Positions 14,636-20,000 of a stretch of 20,000 nt of DNA are shown piece by piece. The stretch comes from Paraglomus brasilianum (lineage: Eukaryota): positions 49,658-69,657 of the forward strand of contig CAJVPI010000044.1 in NCBI GenBank assembly GCA_910592345.1, read 5' to 3'. A program made the translations under genes and the position numbers. Under the pieces are notes generated by a model, which was not told the DNA's origin, made no database searches, and saw only the letters and a list, made by a program, of their open reading frames with translations. The first letter of the stretch is position 1; each line of letters opens with the position of its first letter.

Positions 14636-14782
14636 CACATGAAACTCGATAGGTCGGTCGTGCATGATGGACCGACTTATCGAGAGGTTTTAAATATTAA
14701 AACTGAGAAAGGGCTTGGGAAGTTTTAGCCTTCTTAGGCCAAAATTGAATCATGAGAGATTGACTTATCGAGTTTGCATGTG
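14636..14782. mobile_element. MITE (147 bp) with TA TSD
   Basis: TA|CACATG-AAACTCGATAGGTC ... GACTTATCGAGTTTGCATGTG|TA (one indel, one mismatch). An additional internal copy of GACTTATCGAG lies at about 14674-14684. Confidence 0.82.
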
Positions 14783-14850
14783 TACTGAACTTTAAAAAGT
14801 TTTAATCTTTTTAAATGAGTCCCGAATGTTTAATCTCCAAATGCAATATA

Positions 14851-15083
14851 CAGTCGAACCTTCATAAAGGAACAATATGTTCTATCATAAAGGTATTCTC
14901 TTATCAAGATTATATAACAAACCATTTATAATAATAATTATTATTAAATCAATCAAACAACAAGGTCTGGATTCTGATAGGTCTCTCCATTTGTACATTT
15001 CCTAGTTGGACTAATTTCCAAAACGATTATAATAATAAATAAAAATTTGCCAACATGACAGTGTTCTTATACGGAGGTAGATG
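14851..15083. mobile_element. Possible old, degenerate pogo-type MITE
   Basis: Left TA|CAGTCGAACCTTCATAAAGGAACA is only loosely matched by TGTTCTTATACGGAGGTAGATG|TA (needs two gaps and several mismatches). Confidence 0.33.
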
Positions 15084-16830
15084 TAAATACAAAAATTTCT
15101 GGTTCCTTAATATAATGATAAAGAGAAATTACTAATAAATCAGAGCTGTCTCATGAAACAATGTTCTATGCAGTTGATTGGTCAGATTTTTATAATACGA
15201 GGAACTCCTCTAGTAGCTGTCGACGTTTACTGTCTGGAAACATATTTCAATGTCTCATTTAAACATAACAGCATCACAAGATGTCAAACGGTATCTACCA
15301 ACTGTTTTTTTAAACTTTCAACCTCAATTTTGTAGATAGAACCACGCAAATAACCAGGCTTAGAAAACTAAACGCTTCGTCGAAGTTTAGGATGACTAAT
15401 GTGATTGATGATTCGACCCGTCATATCCAAATAGCCTTGATGTTCATAAGTTGGATGAGCCGCGTATCCACCCCGTATAGACCAATCGCATATAGTCGGA
15501 TGGTATGTGGAGTCTTCAAAATCCTGAACCCGTGCAAATCACTTAGCTGTTTTCCGATTACGCCAGATTTGCTGATCTAGACTTTGTCCAGCTTGACTAC
15601 GTTCTTCGACCAGACCTCTAAAAAAGTCTTCTTTTTCTTTCGTACACTGACATACTATACAAAGTTAGCAAGGTTTGCCCTTGCTTTAAACATCGGCTCA
15701 TTTACGAGTTGATTTGTGTGTGAACCAATCAAATTCTTTCCTCTCTGCGTGCATATTTAGCTTTCAAAACCATAAGCTTTTGTATTAAAGGGTATGGAGA
15801 AAAACCAAACCATAAGAATGATAGAACAAACGATGCAGAACAAAAGTTACAGTTTTTATTTTTCTAATCAACTAAGAAACCGTCATCCAATAAATGCGGT
15901 AGTTTACAAGTAAGCAATTCTCTATTGTTTCACTATGCCCCACCAACCACGTTAGCCTGCCTCATAAAGTCAGCCGCTTCAGATGAGTTCATTGTCAGGA
16001 AAAAAAAAGCCGCACATAAAAAAGTGTCTCGAGATGAAAGAGGCAAATTTATTAAAGGAGATGAACTCAATTTTATCGATATAGAAGCAAGCACATTGGA
16101 GCTAACGGAGACGGATTAAGTGACAATTCATTAAGCAAAAAGTCTCTTTAGAATTCGTGATATTTTGAAAGATGTGAAGTTGTTATATATGCGTTCTGGG
16201 TGATTTGCCACAAATTATATACAACATTTTGAAACATTACATCACTTGTGACGCTTCAATTTCGAATAAAATAAAACTCGACGTTATTGTTGCAGATTGA
16301 ACAGCACATACTTAGCTATATAAGTGCGCTTACGTTTTTTTGAAACTCTGGTTTAAGAAAGTTGATCGAATTAATTTCCTTCCATACATCTTTGGGGATT
16401 CTTCTGTGCGATTTATATTTTTAGCAGCACATTCTACCATTTATCTGACCTGTAATTTCATGTTTATATACAAACATATCTGCGCAAATATACGAATGGT
16501 TACAAATTAACAGAATCGAGAGCACGAGGAACTGTTTTTGTAATCCACTCCAAGTGTAATACAGCATCACTTCCCCAATCACATTTTTCCAAAGTTTTTC
16601 GTTTAGTCTTATTATTCGACAAATGAGTAAGAGTTATATTTAATTGCATTATTTTTAGATCAACATTAAAAGATTGTATTTCGGGAATCGCATATCCTGA
16701 TGAGAAATATGTTAAGCTCAATGAACGACAACTATAAAACCGCCTGCGTCTCGAGACGGTTTTTTTTTCTCATCAATTTCACAACGAAGTCAACTGGCAA
16801 GCTTACAAAGGCATCCAAAAAAAAACAAAA

Positions 16831-17400
16831 ATGAAATCAGTCTATTTGCTCTTCCTCTTGGTTACCCTTCTCGCCGTAATTTCTACGCCAGCCAATGCCT
16901 CCCCTCTTGAAAAAAAAAGGAATGCACCCTGCTGTCCTGTTGTTGTATGTGAGTTTAAAAAAAATGACAACCCCAATATATCGCCCCCAGTCACCAACCC
17001 CAATTATTACGGCAACACTTTCGACGGTTTTCTCGCATTCTTGGGGACACCTAAAAACACTTTGCAAGTCGGTGGCTGGATTGATATTCGCGGCGTAACC
17101 AACAAAATATTTAAAACTGATTCAGGCTATGATATTCACGTGGCACCATGCGGAACAGCCAATACCCCACCTGAACCCCACCTTACCCCCGGCGACCCTG
17201 CCACCATCGACTTTGACAAACAGATGTTCGGCCATTCAATTCTCCTAACTATCGATGGATCAATCGCCCAAATTAAAGGCCAATGTTGCTTTGTCGTGGA
17301 AGAGTATGCCTCACGTGGTCCACTTAGTGGTAGTAAATCAATCCCTAGAAATGAAAGAATTTTAGGAATTGCACCATTAGTAGACATCGTAACCTGCTGA
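16831..17400 (+). CDS. Small secreted cysteine-rich protein (189 aa), candidate effector, possibly a degenerate Cu/Zn-SOD-like fold
   Basis: Longest ORF in the window and intronless. A-rich start context (AAAACAAAAATG) and a TATA-like CTATAAAA about 100 nt upstream. Signal peptide MKSVYLLFLLVTLLAVISTPANA|, short propeptide SPLEKKR (Kex2-type KR), and 7 Cys including two CC pairs and a terminal Cys. Confidence 0.88.
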   Translation: MKSVYLLFLLVTLLAVISTPANASPLEKKRNAPCCPVVVCEFKKNDNPNISPPVTNPNYYGNTFDGFLAFLGTPKNTLQVGGWIDIRGVTNKIFKTDSGYDIHVAPCGTANTPPEPHLTPGDPATIDFDKQMFGHSILLTIDGSIAQIKGQCCFVVEEYASRGPLSGSKSIPRNERILGIAPLVDIVTC

Positions 17401-17450
17401 GGGACATATTACCAGTCGTTTTAGCGATTTGTTTGTTTTTGTAAAAATAG

Positions 17451-17600
17451 TAAAAGCGCTTTATTCAATATCTTATGTTTACGGTTGGGATGCTTTTGTC
17501 AGATTTTAAAAGCGTTTTATTCAATACTTAAATATTATTCAATTTTAAATGGGGAATATCTTATGTTTACGGTTAGTATTAGGATGCTTTTGTCAGATTT
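17451..17600. repeat. Imperfect tandem duplication in the 3' flank of the secreted-protein gene
   Basis: The blocks TAAAAGCG(C/T)TTTATTCAATA, AATATCTTATGTTTACGGTT and GGATGCTTTTGTCAGATTT each occur twice in the same order. The second copy has extra sequence between blocks. Confidence 0.75.
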
Positions 17601-17903
17601 ATTATTCTATTTAATGAAATAAACAAACTGCTAATATATTACAAAGTTTTTTTTTTACGTCGAAAAATGGAGATAATTGTATTGTTGTGCATTGTCTTGG
17701 ACATTGACTGGTCAATCACGTTCTTTCTCTTTATCCATTGCATCTTTATATTTAACTCAGTGACTAAATTGTCTATTACTATAATATATTACAAATCAAT
17801 TGTAAATCTTCTAAGTAACTACTATTGCCTAACGTCATAATTTATCTTCCCGCTCGTTTTATTTCTATCTACCAATACCAAGCCGCGTTTGTAATATTGG
17901 ATA

Positions 17904-18060
17904 CTGCAGTGAAATCATTAGTACATAGTATAATCACCATTGGTCTTTATCAATGCCTCTACACGGCTTTTCATGCTATTGACTAATTCTACAGCAAGCT
18001 CACTGGGAAGTTGATTCCATTCTTTTGTTAATTCTGCCTTTAATCCCCTAGTAGTACCAA

Positions 18061-18140
<80 letters not shown>

Positions 18141-18785
18141 ATATCCTAATTTTCATTATTCTCCAAACATTCTCAATGGGATTTTGATCGGGTGACATTG
18201 CTGGCCAAGGTAGAACTGTAATGCCTTTTTCTATCTTCCAATTAGTTGCTAATCTTGACCGATGTTTTGGATCATTATCTTCCTGCAAAATCCAGTCTAA
18301 GTTACCATCTCCAAAAAAAACTATTAGCAGAAGCTAGAAGACCTTTTTCATAAATATTACACATAAATTCTGCATTGAGATTTCGCTGGAAACAGATTAG
18401 CCTACCAAAACCTGAGGCAGAAAAACAACCCCATACATGAATCTTTAGAAGATGCTTTACAGTACGAATTATTTTTCTTTTCCCAGAAAATTGCCATGCT
18501 TTCCCAATTGATTGATTCAACTGAAATGTACTCTCATCTGTAAAAATTACTTTATTCCAGTCGAAATTCCTATGTGCCTTTGCCCACTGTAGCCGATTTT
18601 TCCAATGCTTTCTGTAAGCAAAGGCTTAGGAATTTTGTTCATGTACTTATGGAGACGTCGTCTAATAGTCCAAACACTAACGTTCACACCCTTTTTTTTT
18701 TTCATTTCTTGTCCTGCTTAGCGGTTGTGCTGCGCCACCGGCCGGATTTTAGTTTATCAGTTAGATCCTTCGATTTCCTCCATTT
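17904..18785 (-). mobile_element. 5'-truncated Tc1-like transposon relic (DD34E transposase pseudogene, 18785-17918)
   Basis: KWRKSKDLTDKLKSGRWRSTTAKQDK...KKGVNVSVWTIRRRLH...KPLLTE/NRLQWAKAHRNFDWNKVIFTDES...VWGCFS...LQEDNDPKH...WPAMSPDQNPIENVW...SMKSRVEALIKTNGDYTMY* (stop 17920-17918). Frameshifts and internal deletions are present. The candidate terminus TA|CTGCAGTG at 17904 cannot be confirmed because the partner TIR is absent. Confidence 0.92.
18063..18139. repeat. 77-nt pure poly(T)/poly(A) homopolymer inside the Tc1 transposase relic
   Basis: Uninterrupted T run at 18063-18139. On the coding strand it expands the ISKK..KIGTT lysine codons and shifts the frame. Confidence 0.95.
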
Positions 18786-19714
18786 ATAAAACGTAACATA
18801 TGAAGAGATGACGCGAATGGCCCATAATATCTGATCTGTATGTTCTTCCGAGCCAAGGGAACGTATATTCTCACTACCACAAGCGAGAATTTCTACAGCA
18901 ATCTGTGTTTCTCCAAATCCAGTGCTTCTCCCGACATTTTTTAGGTGTTTGTCCTGTTAAAAAAGTTGTTTGAGACGAAAATAATAATTTCTCAAACGAT
19001 CAACAACATACAGACCTCTACCACAATAACAGCCATTTTTTGCTTCCCTACTACAAATTCGGGCTCTGATGACACGCAAGGATCATCTTCAATGTATAGT
19101 TTACATAGCGGGTGATTTCTGGATTTTAAAAAATGCAACTTAGAAACTACTATATTTACCAGAAACAAAAGTTACTCACCTGATCATCAAGGGAAAGTGA
19201 TTCAGTTTAACGATACGGAGTAGATCATCCACAAGTGTGTCAGTAAAAGTCTTGGCTGTGCCTGTCACCTGAAAACCATTGAATACGACGTTATGCAATT
19301 TGGTAACGAACGTTTGAACTTGAGGATCCGAGATGTGTTGAAATTCGCCGACATCAAACAACGCATTTGAAAGGATTTTACGATTAATATGAGGGAGAAT
19401 ATAATTGTTCGCAAAGTTGGTGACTGAACAATATTTTAAATTGTAAGTATTAGGTTCGCTGAGAGGATTGCTGATACAATTTAGGTCTCACCTTCAACAT
19501 CGGGTATAACAGCGTTCTCGCTTGAGGCTGGTTTGAAGCCCACTCTCAGTAGGTCAATATCTCGTAGTTTAAACTTGGATGCGTCGGGAGGGAGGTTGTA
19601 GGAGGTTGTAGGCTCAGCTTTTTTGTTTCTTTGCAAAGTTAGGGAAAAGAATCTTGGTCGGAGAGTACGCACGGCAGGGCGAGAAAACCTCGCAACGAGA
19701 CTGAGCAAAGACAT
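18702..19714 (-). CDS. Putative mitochondrion-targeted PD-(D/E)xK-like protein, 4 exons, 273 aa, last 26 aa derived from Tc1 transposase (possibly a truncated allele or pseudogene)
   Basis: Exons 19714-19492, 19423-19180, 19118-19016 and 18953-18702 have phase-consistent GT-AG introns (822 nt, no internal stop). The N-terminus is Arg/Ser/Leu-rich with no acidic residue until E34. Core: TFTDTLVDDLL...SSEPEFVV...AVIVVEDKH...GETQIAVEILAC...AIRVISSYVTFYK, followed by WRKSKDLTDKLKSGRWRSTTAKQDKK*. Confidence 0.75.
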
Positions 19715-19873
19715 TTTATAAACAAAAAATTGATGATGCCTTTATTGAAACGAGAAAAATACACGTAACTATCGCGAGGAACTTTTATTCACAACAAGGT
19801 GCTCGCTAAAGCCCAGTTTAAGCTGTTAAAAATACACATAACAAAGTTATGGCAAAAAAAAGGCGGTAAGGGG

Positions 19874-19920
19874 CTATATATGTGTCGTGCATAAATCCCG
19901 TCATCGTATAAATCCCGTCA
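19874..19920 (-). promoter_or_regulatory. Possible promoter: TATA-like element plus a duplicated 13-bp motif
   Basis: On the - strand, TGACGGGATTTAT occurs twice (19920-19908 and 19903-19891) just upstream of CATATATAG (about 19882-19874), roughly 160 nt before the ATG at 19714. Confidence 0.3.
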
Positions 19921-20000
19921 AAGTTGAGAAGGGTCCCTAAACATTTTCTTATTATTATCTCAATCAGCGGATAAACGCTATGAGTTATGTAATAAGACTA

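Noticed and set aside
15925..16119. Short ORF with basic motif RKKKAAHKKVSRDERGKFIKG
   Set aside because: It may be the N-terminal remnant of a transposase, but it has a TTG start, no catalytic motifs and no TIR, so it cannot be supported.
16736..16768. Palindrome CGTCTCGAGACG followed by a T run, resembling a bacterial intrinsic terminator
   Set aside because: Eukaryotic locus, and it lies in the probable 5' UTR/promoter of the secreted-protein gene. No support for function.
16837..17387. ORFs at 16837-17067 (-), 16895-17098 (+) and 17136-17387 (-)
   Set aside because: Alternative-frame or antisense overlaps of the 189-aa secreted protein gene.
18040..18288. ORF encoding a long poly-lysine tract
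   Set aside because: It is a Tc1 transposase fragment read through the 77-nt homopolymer, not a separate protein.

Overview
AT-rich, intron-containing eukaryotic DNA that looks fungal. An early-diverging lineage such as Glomeromycotina/Mucoromycota is my inference from composition, intron density and gene/TE content. The left 3.3 kb holds an intact 8-exon NDR-family kinase gene (Cbk1/Orb6/COT-1 type, - strand, 488 aa after splicing). The rest is a transposon-rich accessory region. It contains one TIR-complete but dead Tc1 (DD34E) element and a second 5'-truncated Tc1 relic carrying a 77-nt A/T tract. It also has an internally deleted pogo/Tigger-like element, three or four TA-flanked MITEs, and an intron-retaining, frameshifted fragment of mannose-6-phosphate isomerase. 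Two accessory genes stand out. One is an intronless small secreted Cys-rich protein with a Kex2 site and a degenerate Cu/Zn-SOD-like sequence pattern. The other is a 4-exon gene for an apparently mitochondrion-targeted PD-(D/E)xK-like protein whose last exon runs in frame into Tc1 transposase sequence. No rRNA, tRNA or CRISPR array was seen. All family assignments are from motif reading by eye; no searches were run.
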